Shown here piece by piece: positions 1 through 10,677 of a stretch of 32,000 nucleotides of DNA (positions are counted from its first letter, which is position 1; each line of letters begins with the position of its first letter). This DNA is from Amoeboradix gromovi X-113 (Eukaryota > Fungi > Sanchytriomycota). Under the pieces are notes generated by a model, which ran no database searches, was not told where the DNA came from, and saw only the letters and a program-made list of their open reading frames with translations. A program made the position numbers and the translations under genes. The DNA lies in NCBI GenBank assembly GCA_018985225.1, contig JADGIF010000019.1, positions 1 through 32,000 of the forward strand. Reading direction: 5' to 3'.

Positions 1-201
1 GAAAATGCACCTTTTGCTTAGATGCTCAAAGACCTCATATATTTGAACGAGATGCAGGGTCTTCTACTTTTATTTTGTAGAGGGGATTGAAGATAATGAA
101 AGAAAATTGGCATAATAGAAGATCTTTTATTAATGATAGCATTTCCTCCGTATGGTGCACCTTTAAAAACCAGTTAGTCTAGTTTTTATACTTGGTGTCC
201 C
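1..201 (+). mobile_element. MITE-like TIR element, copy A (left part outside window)
   Basis: Ends in TTAGTCTAGTTTTTATACTTGGTGTCCC followed by AATT. Positions 1-201 are a close reverse complement of about 6634-6835. The frame from position 3 reads KCTFCLDAQRPHIFERDAGSSTFIL*RGLKIMKENWHNRRSFIN. Confidence 0.85.
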
Positions 202-311
202 AATTGTAGATATGCCAATATTAATATTTCTTTAAGGGGTAAAATAGGCAATTAGTTTTATATTTGCACGTGAATTTGTACATTTTCAATCCAGAACGGT
301 CAATATTATTA

Positions 312-590
312 ATGACCAAAGGTACCAAGAAAGTAGGTGTTTGCGGAAAGTATGGAACTCGATACGGTTCTTCTCTAAGAAAAAGAATGAAGAAAATTGA
401 AGTAACTCAGCACTCTAGATATCTATGTTCATTTTGCGGAAAAACAAGTGTTAAGAGAGAAGCCGTTGGAATTTGGAAATGCAAAGCATGTAAAAAGACT
501 ATTGCAGGTGGCGCTTGGGTCATGTCCACAACCGCTGCATTAACAACTAGATCAACAACTAGACGTCTAAGAGAAATGGTCGAAGTTTAA
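312..590 (+). CDS. RPL43: 60S ribosomal protein eL43 (L43/L37a)
   Basis: [24 protein letters not shown]...CSFCGK...GIWKCKAC...AGGAW. The ATG at 312 is preferred over the ORF-track start at 264. Confidence 0.97.
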   Translation: MTKGTKKVGVCGKYGTRYGSSLRKRMKKIEVTQHSRYLCSFCGKTSVKREAVGIWKCKACKKTIAGGAWVMSTTAALTTRSTTRRLREMVEV

Positions 591-610
591 TAAATCAAAT
601 TTTAAATTCT

Positions 611-1459
611 ATGCAACACTTGGAGTACACTCCAGATGACCTCGATATCTTCAATGGGGAGCTTGTTTACGCATGCTATGAGCTTAAGGGTGAAAAGAGA
701 ATCGGTAAAGTAGCATCCATAAATAGCGGTACTCTCTATCGAGGCTGCGGCATATTAGATATTGAAGTAAGCAACAATATACTTTATGGGGCAGCCTCTG
801 ATGGCTCTTTAATATCTATCAGCAGAGTCAACAATAAAATAGAATCCCTAAAATTAGAAAATGGTTTAAATTTAACAATGGATATAAATTCAAATGACGA
901 CTGCTGCATATCTAACAACCATGGGAACATATTTATTGTTGACCTTAACTGTTACAAAATAGCTGAATCATTTAATGGACACTTGTTCGAAGTGTGGAGT
1001 TGTTGTTGGAATGATGAAAAATCATTTTTTACTGGGGCAGACGACTGCACTATAAAGTTCTGGGACTTGAAAGACTTATCCAGCTGCCAGTGGCAAAAGC
1101 GAATGGACATGGGAATATCCTGTATAGCAAAAATGGAGAACAAAACGTTAATTGGCAACTACGACGAAAAATTGAGAACTATAGATCCTAGAATGCCTGA
1201 CATATTTCTGCAAGAATTGGATTGCGGTGGTGGAATATGGAGAATGAAGCAAAATCCGTGTGATCCTAATATTTGGCTTATTGCCGCAATGCATGGCGGA
1301 TCGCACATCGTTGATATAGCAAAAAACGAAATTCTCCAATCATTTACAAGTCACAAATCCATGGTTTATGGTGCAATTTGGCTCGATGAAATTGAAGTTG
1401 CTACTTGCTCATTTTACGATAAAAATCTATCATTTTGGAGCTGGGAAAAGAAGCAATAA
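611..1459 (+). CDS. DPH7: Diphthine methyltransferase/methylesterase, WD40 protein
   Basis: WD repeats (GHLFEVWS, FTGADDCTIKFWD) plus the DPH7-typical C-terminus GGGIWR...AAMHGG...HKSMVYG...ATCSFYDK. Confidence 0.88.
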   Translation: MQHLEYTPDDLDIFNGELVYACYELKGEKRIGKVASINSGTLYRGCGILDIEVSNNILYGAASDGSLISISRVNNKIESLKLENGLNLTMDINSNDDCCISNNHGNIFIVDLNCYKIAESFNGHLFEVWSCCWNDEKSFFTGADDCTIKFWDLKDLSSCQWQKRMDMGISCIAKMENKTLIGNYDEKLRTIDPRMPDIFLQELDCGGGIWRMKQNPCDPNIWLIAAMHGGSHIVDIAKNEILQSFTSHKSMVYGAIWLDEIEVATCSFYDKNLSFWSWEKKQ

Positions 1460-1916
1460 ATTTAATCTATTTCAGACAGACTTTGCGAAAATGACATAAC
1501 TATAATCCACATGATACTGTTTTGTGATCAAGCTAATCGGATCTCGTTTATTTGAATAGTCTACTCGTTAAATTTCCCGATTTCCAAGAAAATCGATAAC
1601 TTCCACAGAAAAGCTGACAAAGACCTTGCGCTTGATGATAGGAACGTGCGACGAGTTGTTAAACGAATATAAAACTCAAATTGAATTATTAGCACAATGA
1701 AGTTCTCGTAATCGCAATAGATGGTGTGCTACTGAAGCCTTGAAATGTCACGAAAATGGAAAATATGGCGAAGAGTAGTTTGATTGTACATGAAATTAAA
1801 CTGTTAGCAAATAGTCTTAAAGAGCCAATCTCGTGAGACTGCCTCTCTTATGAAATGTCCACGACATGTAATTGTGGCCATCTTGTAAAGTCTGTCCCAT
1901 TTCAGGGGAAGTTTTG

Positions 1917-2786
1917 ATGACCTACGAGAAATACGATACTCTTTTGCTGGTAAAAAAAAATGATTCCGAAGCCACAGCTTTAGCTGAAAGACTTAAATGC
2001 ACACATGTAGCATTTATTGATAGAATTTTAAAAGATACATTAAGAACTCCACAATTAATCCCAATAGCTGGCGATTTTGAGAATTATTGGGCACGAACTA
2101 AGCAATTCGGTATTTTTTACTGCTGGTATCCTTTGAAAACTATGTTTTCTAAAGGTAACCATTTTGAAAAGCAAGTGATTGGAAAAAAGAAGCCAGATTT
2201 TGCTATTGATCTCTGTGCGGGAATCGGGTATTGGGTCTTCCCGCTTTATGCTAATGGCCGATGTGTAATCGCCTGTGAATGGAACCCATACAGCATTGTT
2301 GGAATGATTATTGGCGCAAATATGAATAGATGCCGAGTTGTAGTCATGCATAAAAAGAACACTAAAACCGTTGATGGATTGAACATTTATGGTGAAATTG
2401 AACGTATAGCTGAATTATTGGATATAAAAACTAAAATTTACTGGAAATTCAATGTGGATACCATCGACAATCTTGAAAAATACGTAGGTCAGCATACTAT
2501 TATAGTTTGTCCCGGTAACCACCATGAGTATGCGTCTCATTTTTCAAATTTTGGTGCAGATTTGGTCATGTGTGGGCTACTTCCTACTTCTAAGTCTATG
2601 TGGGATTTGGCTAAATCGGTGGTATCAAAAGATGGTGAAATAATAATTCATGAATGCGCTACATCGGAAGAGAACTTATATAACATGCTTCCTAAGGATT
2701 TATTACCCTTGTCATCTCGAAAAGTTAAAAACTATGCTCCAAAGTTGTTTCATTATGTTGTAGAGTGCTCATATGTTGTCCAATAA
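1917..2786 (+). CDS. TYW2: tRNA wybutosine-synthesizing protein 2 (Met-10+/TRM12-like SAM-dependent transferase)
   Basis: TMFSKGNHFEK, DLCAGIGYW, ACEWNP, GLLPTS and IIIHE motifs. The first ATG is at 1917; the start is uncertain. Confidence 0.85.
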   Translation: MTYEKYDTLLLVKKNDSEATALAERLKCTHVAFIDRILKDTLRTPQLIPIAGDFENYWARTKQFGIFYCWYPLKTMFSKGNHFEKQVIGKKKPDFAIDLCAGIGYWVFPLYANGRCVIACEWNPYSIVGMIIGANMNRCRVVVMHKKNTKTVDGLNIYGEIERIAELLDIKTKIYWKFNVDTIDNLEKYVGQHTIIVCPGNHHEYASHFSNFGADLVMCGLLPTSKSMWDLAKSVVSKDGEIIIHECATSEENLYNMLPKDLLPLSSRKVKNYAPKLFHYVVECSYVVQ

Positions 2787-3127
2787 AAGTAAATCATATT
2801 CTACTAACTCGCTTTTAATGTATTTATTGCACAATTTTCCATCTTTTGTGGAAAATCTGAACGTCAAGCTGTACTTTTAAATTGTTTTGTTAGTGTGTCT
2901 CAAAGTAAAAATGAGTCAGCAAAGTTGTAAATTCTAACTAAGCAGGCGTGGTGCACCCTACTTGAGATTTGGCTTAGCATTTTTTGTATTGCCAATTATT
3001 CTAGTTCACAAATTTAGATAGCAGAGCTTAAAGGAGAAGTTCATTACTACCTAGTCAGCGACATTGGGAAATTAATCACAAACAGCCGAATATTGGACAG
3101 ATAAAGATAATTTATTAGTATTAGTGC

Positions 3128-4248
3128 TCAAGATTTTGATATTGGTGTTCTACATCCAGACACACCATTTTTTGGTATTTCGATTTGTATTGTGGCATGG
3201 TCTATCCTAAAAGAATTATACACAATGTCTTCTGCATCTACGAGAATTCTATGTAAATCCGACAAACCTCGTATTTCATTAGGATCAGTACCCAGGTGAA
3301 CGGTTAATGCAGTCTAAATTAATTGCTAATTACTCTTCCAATAGACAGCAACCAAACATGGAAGCAATGGACATCTGCAACTCCAAAAATATTACTCAGT
3401 TCTAATTTCAATTTATCAGCATCAATGTGTAATGGAGTAGACTCCATTAGCACAAATACACTATCCTTTAGTATTCTCAGGGTAGTATATAACACAATTA
3501 TAGAGAACACGAAAGTGCATATTGGATCGACAATCTTTAATTCAGGATTAAAGAAGATTATTAAAGATGCAATAATTACGCCTAAGCTAAACAAGGCATC
3601 ACCAACTGCGTGTATAATAGCAGCTCTCAAATTGATGTTTTGGTGAACATCATTAGATGCTTGAACGGGACTGGCAACTAAAGACGTAGTTTGGTCATCA
3701 TTCGTCTGTTGAGTCATTCGGTTCTTACCAGCTTCTATGTCGTCCTCAAGTTCTTCTATAATTGGAGGATGATGATGCGAATGAGAGTGGCCATGATGAT
3801 GCCCGCCGAGAATGTACAGTACTATCAAATTAACAATTAGACCTAATGTGCTTGTGATTAGCATAACAGGTGCATTAATGTCAACTGGATTTTGTATTCT
3901 AGCTATTGCTTCCATTAATAATATGCCCGTCAACACCCATATCAATAGAACAGATATGACTGCACCCAATATTTCAGCACGATGAAAACCATAAGAATGA
4001 CGAGCAGTTCTAGGACGTGAGGCAATCCAAATACTAGCTAAAGATATTGCAAATCCGCTAACATCACTAAGCATATGAAAACTGTCGCTAATTAACGCTA
4101 ATGAATTTGAATATATACCACCAAGTAGCTCTGCTAGGAAAAAGACAAAGCACAAAGCAGAGGCGTAAATTAATTTCCTAGATGCACTTTGACTTTGAGG
4201 CTGTTCAACATGAAGGCAATCAGAGACAGCGTGGTCATGTGAATCCAT
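3128..4248 (-). CDS. CDF-family zinc transporter (ZnT2/SLC30-like), exons 4248-3334 and 3313-3128
   Basis: SLALISDSFHMLSD, YGFHRAEILGA, His-rich loop and NLRAAIIHAVGD. After removing a 20-nt intron the frame continues HVWLLSIGR|TALTVHL...HATIQIE...KS*. Confidence 0.92.
3314..3333 (-). other. 20-nt spliceosomal intron in ZnT
   Basis: GTAATTAGCAATTAATTTAG. Splicing restores the conserved CDF C-terminal domain. Confidence 0.88.
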
Positions 4249-4364
4249 GGCTCCTAAGTTTTAAAATAACAGCTCTTGATTTTAATTGAATTGCCATTTG
4301 CTGTGATTAAATAAACAATAGCGCCCCGTTAGTTATTCTTTTACAGTTTTCTAAGTGATCAAAT

Positions 4365-4560
4365 GGATATTGAGAAACTGGTCTAAAATGAATATCTTTC
4401 AAAGAAAGGAAAAAATGATGCAAAATAAGTAAGAATTACTATCGATGTGTGCGAGTTGCGGTACTCTGAAGAAAACAAATTTGGGGAAATGTAAATGTGC
4501 AAACCGTCGTCTGGAAGGTCTTTTTGAAAAAATTAGATTCTGTAGGAATGTCCCATATAT
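4365..4560 (+). pseudogene. Decayed Fanzor2/TnpB 3' fragment
   Basis: From 4442 reads SMCASCGTLKKTNLGKCKCANRRLE, aligning with TCTRCGTLK.TNLETCNRTNYHLE at 27019-27088. Shares AAACTGGTCTAAAATG with about 6038. Confidence 0.6.
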
Positions 4561-4896
4561 CACTATCCATGCCTGAGGTGAAAACCAAGTACTGTACATT
4601 CCTCTTATTTTCAATTATGGTCATTCACCGTTAAAATTTAAAACCTTCAATACCAATATCTTGTGCAGTCTCTACAATGCTTATAGCAGCAATAACCATT
4701 GAAAATCATTTTTTGCCAGTATTTTACTTCAAATCCGTAATCAATATCATTCCTAGCACAAAACCTATTCGCATTCCACCTTTGCCGAGTTTGCTGGTTC
4801 AGTGTTGGTCTAGCTGTATAGCAAGATTTGTATAATGATGTTTTTGGCTCACGTTTGATCAAGTTTGGAGGATTTATAGCCTCAAGTTCGCTTTTT

Positions 4897-5332
4897 GGTA
4901 CACCAAATATAAAAACTAAACCAAGCCGTCTTTAAAGTAGGTGCTCCACAAGAAGGAAATACTATTGTTAATAAAAGTCCTTCTTTCAAACCAATTTTCT
5001 CTCATTAATACCATTCCCCTCTTTAAAATAATACAAGATGGCCCACTATCTCTTTCAAATAAGGTCTTTGAGTGTCTATGCAAAAGGTGCATTATCTACT
5101 ATACTACTACTATCTTCCATTTTCTTTTTCTTCTTACCACCTTTCGTATAACTTATTTTTTCTTTTCTATTCTTGTTAATCATTGTTTCCAAGATTCTGA
5201 TGGATGAAAAGCTTTTATACTAAAATAATTTACTTGAACCGATTAATTTAATTTACTATCGGTTAATACACACTTGAAATAATGATTCGAACTATTTCAG
5301 AAAGTTAGTCTAGTTTTTATATTTGATGTCCC
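4897..5332 (-). mobile_element. MITE-like TIR element, copy B (436 bp)
   Basis: Left end GGTACACCAAATATAAAAACTAAACC, right end GTTAGTCTAGTTTTTATATTTGATGTCCC. The interior is homologous to copies A and C (CTFCIDTQRP/LFERDSGPSCIILKRG..RENWFERRTFIN on the - strand). The flanks TTTT and AATT do not match. Confidence 0.82.
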
Positions 5333-5377
5333 AATTGTTTTTGACATCCGCTTTTACCCCAGTGATTTTCAGAGAGC

Positions 5378-5794
5378 ATGTCCCAGATGTTCTTGAAAGT
5401 TTCTCAGACTCAGAATTTGTTCAAAGACAATGACATAAGTAACTCAATACTTTGCAATCTAGATGGAGAATTGCTGTGCTCTAGTAAAACCGACAAGCCC
5501 CAAAAGTTTGCATCGTTGGTCTCTCATATTTGGGCGTTGTATCTGCAATTTCCAACTATCGATACGTCACAGCTTGACAGCACATCTACAAAGATTCCCA
5601 CATGTTGCCCTAACAGAAGTTTCCATCAAAGATCATCAATTCAATCCTTAGAAATTGATAACGAGGATGGTAAAATCGTAATCATTGGTGTCAAACCCAA
5701 CTTTTTATTAGCAGCCGAAATAAGGGACTGCTTCTTGCTTAACAGGTTACAGAAGTTAGCAAAAACATTATCGGAAGAGTACAGTAAAGAATAA
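5378..5794 (+). CDS. Roadblock/LAMTOR2-like Ragulator subunit
   Basis: SILCNLDGELLCSS...ASLVSHIWALY...LEIDNEDGKIVI...LQKLAKTL parallels LAMTOR2 (LLNNEGSLLAYS..IASNIWAAY..MDCMEGRVAI). Confidence 0.65.
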   Translation: MSQMFLKVSQTQNLFKDNDISNSILCNLDGELLCSSKTDKPQKFASLVSHIWALYLQFPTIDTSQLDSTSTKIPTCCPNRSFHQRSSIQSLEIDNEDGKIVIIGVKPNFLLAAEIRDCFLLNRLQKLAKTLSEEYSKE

Positions 5795-6029
5795 ATTATA
5801 TATGAACTATCTTAAGCACATTATTTGACAAATTTTACAGAAAGTTTGCTTTAAATGACTTAAATATACTTATGATGTAGATTAAAACTTTCTCCTCGTT
5901 AAAAATCCTGATAAAAAGAAAACTAAGAATTTCCAAAAACATACTAGAAGTTCTCTGTTTTAATTGACTAAGCCAATTGTACTGGTCATCTGACCTATAC
6001 CGCTGTAATAAACTCGATTTCTAGGCTTT

Positions 6030-6212
6030 TCGAACTAAACTGGTCTAAAATGTGTGGAAGTGCAAGCTCATTTATGAAACGCAGTGAGGCATCAAGACTC
6101 GAATGTGTACATGGTTGGCAGTCTGAAGAAAGTCCGTCATGGACATACAGTCATTTGGAAGCGCATATGGCAGGAGGGAACATATACTTGAACTGTATGC
6201 GACCCTGTTAAC
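6030..6212 (+). pseudogene. Decayed Fanzor2/TnpB 3' fragment
   Basis: CATTTGGAAGCGCATATGGCAGGAGGGAACATATAC (HLEAHMAGGNIY) resembles CATTTGGAAATAGATAGAGATCGCATGGCAGCAAGGAACATATAC (HLEIDRDRMAARNIY) at about 27080. The upstream SEA..MCT..GSLKK resembles NEA..TCT..GTLK. Confidence 0.5.
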
Positions 6213-6313
6213 TTCTGCTTCAATGGATCAAGTGGCTTTGTCAACTTCACTAACTTGGTTTGTCTCACAACAATAAGTTTTAAAAAGGAGATAACAAAAG
6301 TATCATAAGTGGT

Positions 6314-6610
6314 TTATTTTGCTCTAACTGACTTTTTCGAAAAGTGCATCAACTTTAATTCCTTTTTGCGCACATCTTGCCTAACTTTTACATCTTCATT
6401 TGGTTTATAGGTTGATCTTAGTATTCTTTTTGTAGCATGCTGCGATAACTTGTAGTGCTTCGATAGCTCTTCGATTTGAATTCCATTTTTGTATTTTTCT
6501 TTTAATTCATCCATCTTTATTCTACTTATTTTTTTTGGAGGATTCCACTGGCATCGCACTAAGGTTGAAAATTGCCGAATCATTGTGCTCGTTTCAAAGA
6601 GAAGAGACAT
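6314..6610 (-). CDS. RRG9/neugrin-like mitochondrial protein
   Basis: WNPPKKISRIKMDELK...LSKHYKLSQHATKRILRSTYKP matches the W.P.KKLSR..M...FKVSPEAIRRILKSKW.P pattern. Confidence 0.7.
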   Translation of the reverse strand: MSLLFETSTMIRQFSTLVRCQWNPPKKISRIKMDELKEKYKNGIQIEELSKHYKLSQHATKRILRSTYKPNEDVKVRQDVRKKELKLMHFSKKSVRAK

Positions 6611-6633
6611 CGATCATAAAATCTATATCAAGT

Positions 6634-7143
6634 GGGACACCAAATATAAAAACTAAACTAACTCGTTTTTAAAGGTGCTCCATACAGAGGAAACGCTATT
6701 ATTAATAAAAGATCTTCTGTTATACCAGTTTTCTTTCATTGATTGTATTCTTCTTTTCAAAATAAAACTAGAAGACCCTGCATCTCGTTCAAATATATGA
6801 GGTCTTTGAGCATCTAAGCAAAGGGTGCATTTTCTTAGACGGTGCTCTTTTCTAGAGTCATTTTGTAATTTTATACTAACATCATTACTCTTATCAATTT
6901 CCTTGAAGTGCAATAGTGATATGTTATTCGAAATAAAGATTGGATGAAAGAGTAAGAGAATAGCTGTACAGAATATTTATTTTTGAAATTCGATACAAAA
7001 AGTTATTTATTTTCCTTTTATACTCGTCAACTCCGCAACTAGCTGAATGTCCACTCGCCTCTTAAATCCATAAAATTAATAAAGCTGAAATAATGTTCCA
7101 AGTTGTTACAGAAAGTTAGTTCAGTTTTTATATTTGATGTCCC
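6634..7143 (-). mobile_element. MITE-like TIR element, copy C (510 bp) with AAGT target-site duplication
   Basis: AAGT(6630-6633)|GGGACACCAAATATAAAAACTAAACTAAC ... GTTAGTTCAGTTTTTATATTTGATGTCCC|AAGT(7144-7147). Contains the remnant ORF 6653-6913(-). Confidence 0.92.
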
Positions 7144-7277
7144 AAGTGTTTAAAAAAACGGACCTCCTAAGATTAAAAGAAACTCATTTTATCAATATTA
7201 ATATTACCTAATTAGATTTGGTGTACCTTTTAAAGTGGGTATCCCAAGAGTACCAAAATTAGTTTATAGCGTGAACA

Positions 7278-8636
7278 TTATTTATTCTCTTTTTCGCTAT
7301 TCATTAATGCTAGTACCTGCTCTACACCAAACTTGTTGTTTATGGTTCCTTTATAGGCATCTTCGATTTCCTGCTCTCTTTGTTTCTTTAACTTTGAAAG
7401 ATCACCATCGGGTAACACAACAAAACCTTTATCTTCTTTAGACATGGAGTAGCTTGGAACTCTATCATCGTCAATCTCAGCCATCCTACGATCTATCACA
7501 GACTGTTCATTAAATGCATAGCTTTCACTTCTAGGTCTTTGTTGTCTGTGTAGCGGCACCGATGGTGCAGAACTAGATACATTGAGGCTTGATAGATCAC
7601 ATCCATCATCCAAAGATAAATCTGCAGTATCTGGAGTATACGCTGAAGGTTTTGCCATATTTTGATGTTGCTGCAAACTTTCCTCTTCGAAAAGATTCAA
7701 AGCACGATTACTCATTACTTCGGATCTGCTGTTAAATGAAGGGCTGTCTACGCCACCTGTGTGATCGTCGGTTTTTTCAGGAACTACCCCATCTTCAATT
7801 ATGTTGCGCATTAACTCTGTCAAAGAAGGATGATCATTTAATTCATGTTCTCCAAGAGTACTAGGAATCTCAAAGCTGGCATTTTTAATGAAGTCCTGGA
7901 CTACATTTTCAAGGTTAGACTCCGCTATAAAGGACTCTGAAGTGTGAAAGAGTGTCAATAAATGACGTAATCGATCAGGATTGACTTCAGCTAATTGAGC
8001 AACTGGTTGTGGTTTCGACAGTATCTTTTTCCAGTCGGGATTATGTAGTCCATCAAACAATAAATCTTCTAGATTTATGTCCTTATCCAAATGTGTTTTT
8101 ATAACCTGTGGTGCAGTCCCAATTTGTGCCATTAGAAAATTCCTAATTCTTGTGGTGCTTTCGCTAGATATTGACGGCTCTTTTTCATCTTCTTGAGTCA
8201 TGAGCTGTAAAATCAAATCATCCCTTTGCGAAACTAATAATTTCAACCTTTCTCGAAACAGTATATCAATCATTAGTGCGTTGCGTTTAACAACAGATAA
8301 TTGCTCTTCCGGATATTTTAGTAAAATTTGTTTTCTGATTCTGCGGGGGCCTACCAATCCATCAACATTTTCAGTCTTTTTAAATTTGACGGTTTTCTGA
8401 TTGTCTGAGAAAGTTTCTTTTAAGTATTCATATCTTATTTGCTTTAGTTCCTCTTGATATCTTATATGAGGTTTGACACTCTTTAGACGACTCTCAGAAA
8501 TTTTAGGCGGTTCAGGCAACTTCTTTTCTACACTCCCGGTTTGCTTTCTATAAGGACCAATCTGTGGAAAAGATTCTGCGAAGCCTTTCACACCTGGAAT
8601 ATATTGTGTTTTAGCAAGACACCTGGAAGACAACAT
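7278..8636 (-). CDS. Probable mitochondrial protein, weakly resembling fungal mitoribosomal mS26/PET123
   Basis: Long ORF with a basic, targeting-like N-terminus. Segments LKQIRYEYLKE, LLTLFHTSESFI and EIEDAYKGT recall mS26. The CDS is solid but the product call is tentative. Confidence 0.5.
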   Translation of the reverse strand: MLSSRCLAKTQYIPGVKGFAESFPQIGPYRKQTGSVEKKLPEPPKISESRLKSVKPHIRYQEELKQIRYEYLKETFSDNQKTVKFKKTENVDGLVGPRRIRKQILLKYPEEQLSVVKRNALMIDILFRERLKLLVSQRDDLILQLMTQEDEKEPSISSESTTRIRNFLMAQIGTAPQVIKTHLDKDINLEDLLFDGLHNPDWKKILSKPQPVAQLAEVNPDRLRHLLTLFHTSESFIAESNLENVVQDFIKNASFEIPSTLGEHELNDHPSLTELMRNIIEDGVVPEKTDDHTGGVDSPSFNSRSEVMSNRALNLFEEESLQQHQNMAKPSAYTPDTADLSLDDGCDLSSLNVSSSAPSVPLHRQQRPRSESYAFNEQSVIDRRMAEIDDDRVPSYSMSKEDKGFVVLPDGDLSKLKKQREQEIEDAYKGTINNKFGVEQVLALMNSEKENK

Positions 8637-8730
8637 GTCACAAATGGAGAAACACAACAATTTTGTATGCCTAAAATTGATGTCTCCAGATGATAGTTAA
8701 TTTCGTACAAAATAATTTGATCTGAAAATT

Positions 8731-9666
8731 ATGGCCTACTTCAAACACATGGGTTTAGGATATTCAAAATCTAAAAACACTGAAAATGAAATCCAAAAGA
8801 CTGATATATTTAAAGAGAAAACAGAAGATAGCGATATGTATTATGGTCCTATAGTTTACACTCCAAGCATGGATGAGCGACGCAATCCGAAGCTATTTGA
8901 AGTGCTGGCGGAAGAATCCATAAATTATAAAATGGGATCAAAACATGTTGACGATAAAATGTTTGAATTGATAGAGACTCATTCTTCAAAGGGAAGGGAG
9001 CAAACAAACTACTGTTCTGCTATAATAGATTTACTTTTGGACATCAATTTATCCTCTGATTTAAAAGTTCAAAAAGTTGGAGATAAATTTTTGTTAAGTG
9101 GGATTTACACCTGCACTTTACCAGAAATGAGCCTAAATCTATATATAAACGAAGACCCTGGCAGAAAAAAATCCATTAAACCTGTAAAAAGCGTTGTCCT
9201 CCATAGTCTAAACGGCAAATGTAAATTCGAAGACTTGGAAGTGAGCATCTTACAATTTGATGAAAAACTTGAAGTTTTTTTGTTCATAGAAGGAATATGT
9301 GATGCGATCAATCCTAAGTCCTCATTTACATCTAGTACACAAATTTCAGCAATGCTGCTGAATATAGACAAAGGAAGTTGTGCTACACTTTATCAAAAGA
9401 TATACATGGGTGACTTGGATCTATACATAAACGACATATACGGGGTTGAGAACTATGTTGAAGGCGAAAATGATGACTGCGTTATATGCATGGCAGCACC
9501 TAATAATTCGATCGTTCTACCTTGCAAACATTTATGTACTTGTACAGATTGTGGAAGCTTACTTGCTACGCAGAAGCAAAAGTGCCCAATTTGTAGAGAA
9601 ACAATTTATAGTATTATTTCTATAAGGAATGGGATATTTTCTGCGGATTATAGACCTGTAACTTAA
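8731..9666 (+). CDS. RING-finger E3 ubiquitin ligase, MGRN1/RNF157/LOG2-like
   Basis: QKIYM...DIYGVE followed by the C3HC5 RING CVICM...VLPCKHLCTCTDC...KCPICR. Confidence 0.85.
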   Translation: MAYFKHMGLGYSKSKNTENEIQKTDIFKEKTEDSDMYYGPIVYTPSMDERRNPKLFEVLAEESINYKMGSKHVDDKMFELIETHSSKGREQTNYCSAIIDLLLDINLSSDLKVQKVGDKFLLSGIYTCTLPEMSLNLYINEDPGRKKSIKPVKSVVLHSLNGKCKFEDLEVSILQFDEKLEVFLFIEGICDAINPKSSFTSSTQISAMLLNIDKGSCATLYQKIYMGDLDLYINDIYGVENYVEGENDDCVICMAAPNNSIVLPCKHLCTCTDCGSLLATQKQKCPICRETIYSIISIRNGIFSADYRPVT

Positions 9667-9859
9667 TAAATACATTTTGCGGGAATAGAAACTGCCTTCG
9701 ATTGAATAGATTGTTTGTCGTACTATATTTCAGTAGTAGATCATGCTAAAAGAGTTTTTGTCGTCTATAACAAACGTCTCGAAACCATAGCTACCGTATT
9801 TTGAATCCTTGTACTTTGCCGTACGTTATAAAAGTCTTCTGCATTCAGAAAATAAAACT

Positions 9860-10070
9860 TCTAAAAACGAGGTTATAGCTTAAGGAAGTGAAATACAATG
9901 GTGGAGTTACCGTAGGCATTTAATATTCAAGCGTGTATAGGTATGCAACTCTGAAGAGCAACAATTTTGAGATACAGAAATGTAAGAAGATTTATCTGGA
10001 AGTAGATTGAGAGAATATCGCAGCAAAGAACATGGGACCTACTTTCTGAAAATTTCCGCAATTCTAAGTC
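9860..10070 (+). pseudogene. Decayed Fanzor2/TnpB 3' fragment
   Basis: From 9892: NTMVELP*AFNIQACIG/YATLKSNNFEIQKCKKIYLEVD*ENIAAKNM, collinear with RTMVECNEAFTSQTCTRCGTLK.TNLETCNRTNYHLEIDRDRMAARNI. Confidence 0.72.
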
Positions 10071-10677
10071 ATAGAACCTCCTGGAAAGATGTGAGTCCCA
10101 TAATAAGCCATTAAACCTATTCTCAATATGAAAATGCACTGGCAGTATCTCTTTCAAAAGAGCTTGGCTAATTAGCACTTGAGCGTATGCTACAACATTT
10201 CAACCGATAACTGTTTTCATATTCTGTAATGATGTTTGTAATGTCATCTTATTCACACACAATGCAGTATCTGCATGTCTTTCTTTCGCATTTGATGACA
10301 TGAAGTGGCCGAATCCTTAGCGTGCTTTCTATGATTTCCTCCTACTAATGAATGAGGGCATTTTGTCAGATATGGATGAAAGTTAAGCAGCTCCATTCAA
10401 TCATGCTTCAGAGCAGTGAAAGCTTGTGCAACTGCTGCAACATATTTAATAGCATTTCTGTTTACTTCGTAAAAAATTTGGATTTTCTATCGAATCAAGA
10501 CTTCAATATGAAAAGAGGTTAGAGAAACTTTTAAAATAAGCGTTTAGAATCGCCAGGTACAATTAAGGACAGGGTTTACAGCTTTTGCAAATCTTAATGT
10601 CTATCTTAACTGAATGTTAGCGCTATAAGGGAAAGCCATATCGAAATGGATTTAATATCTAGAAACTTTAAAGGCCT

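Noticed and set aside
216-228. CAATATTAATATT shared with about 7193-7205, both near TIR ends
   Set aside because: A short, nearly all-AT word at different distances from the TIR, so it is plausibly chance.
2790-3120. Another Fanzor remnant or ncRNA between TYW2 and ZnT
   Set aside because: Only a CTAGTCAG-like word matches, with no collinear motifs or recognisable RNA structure.
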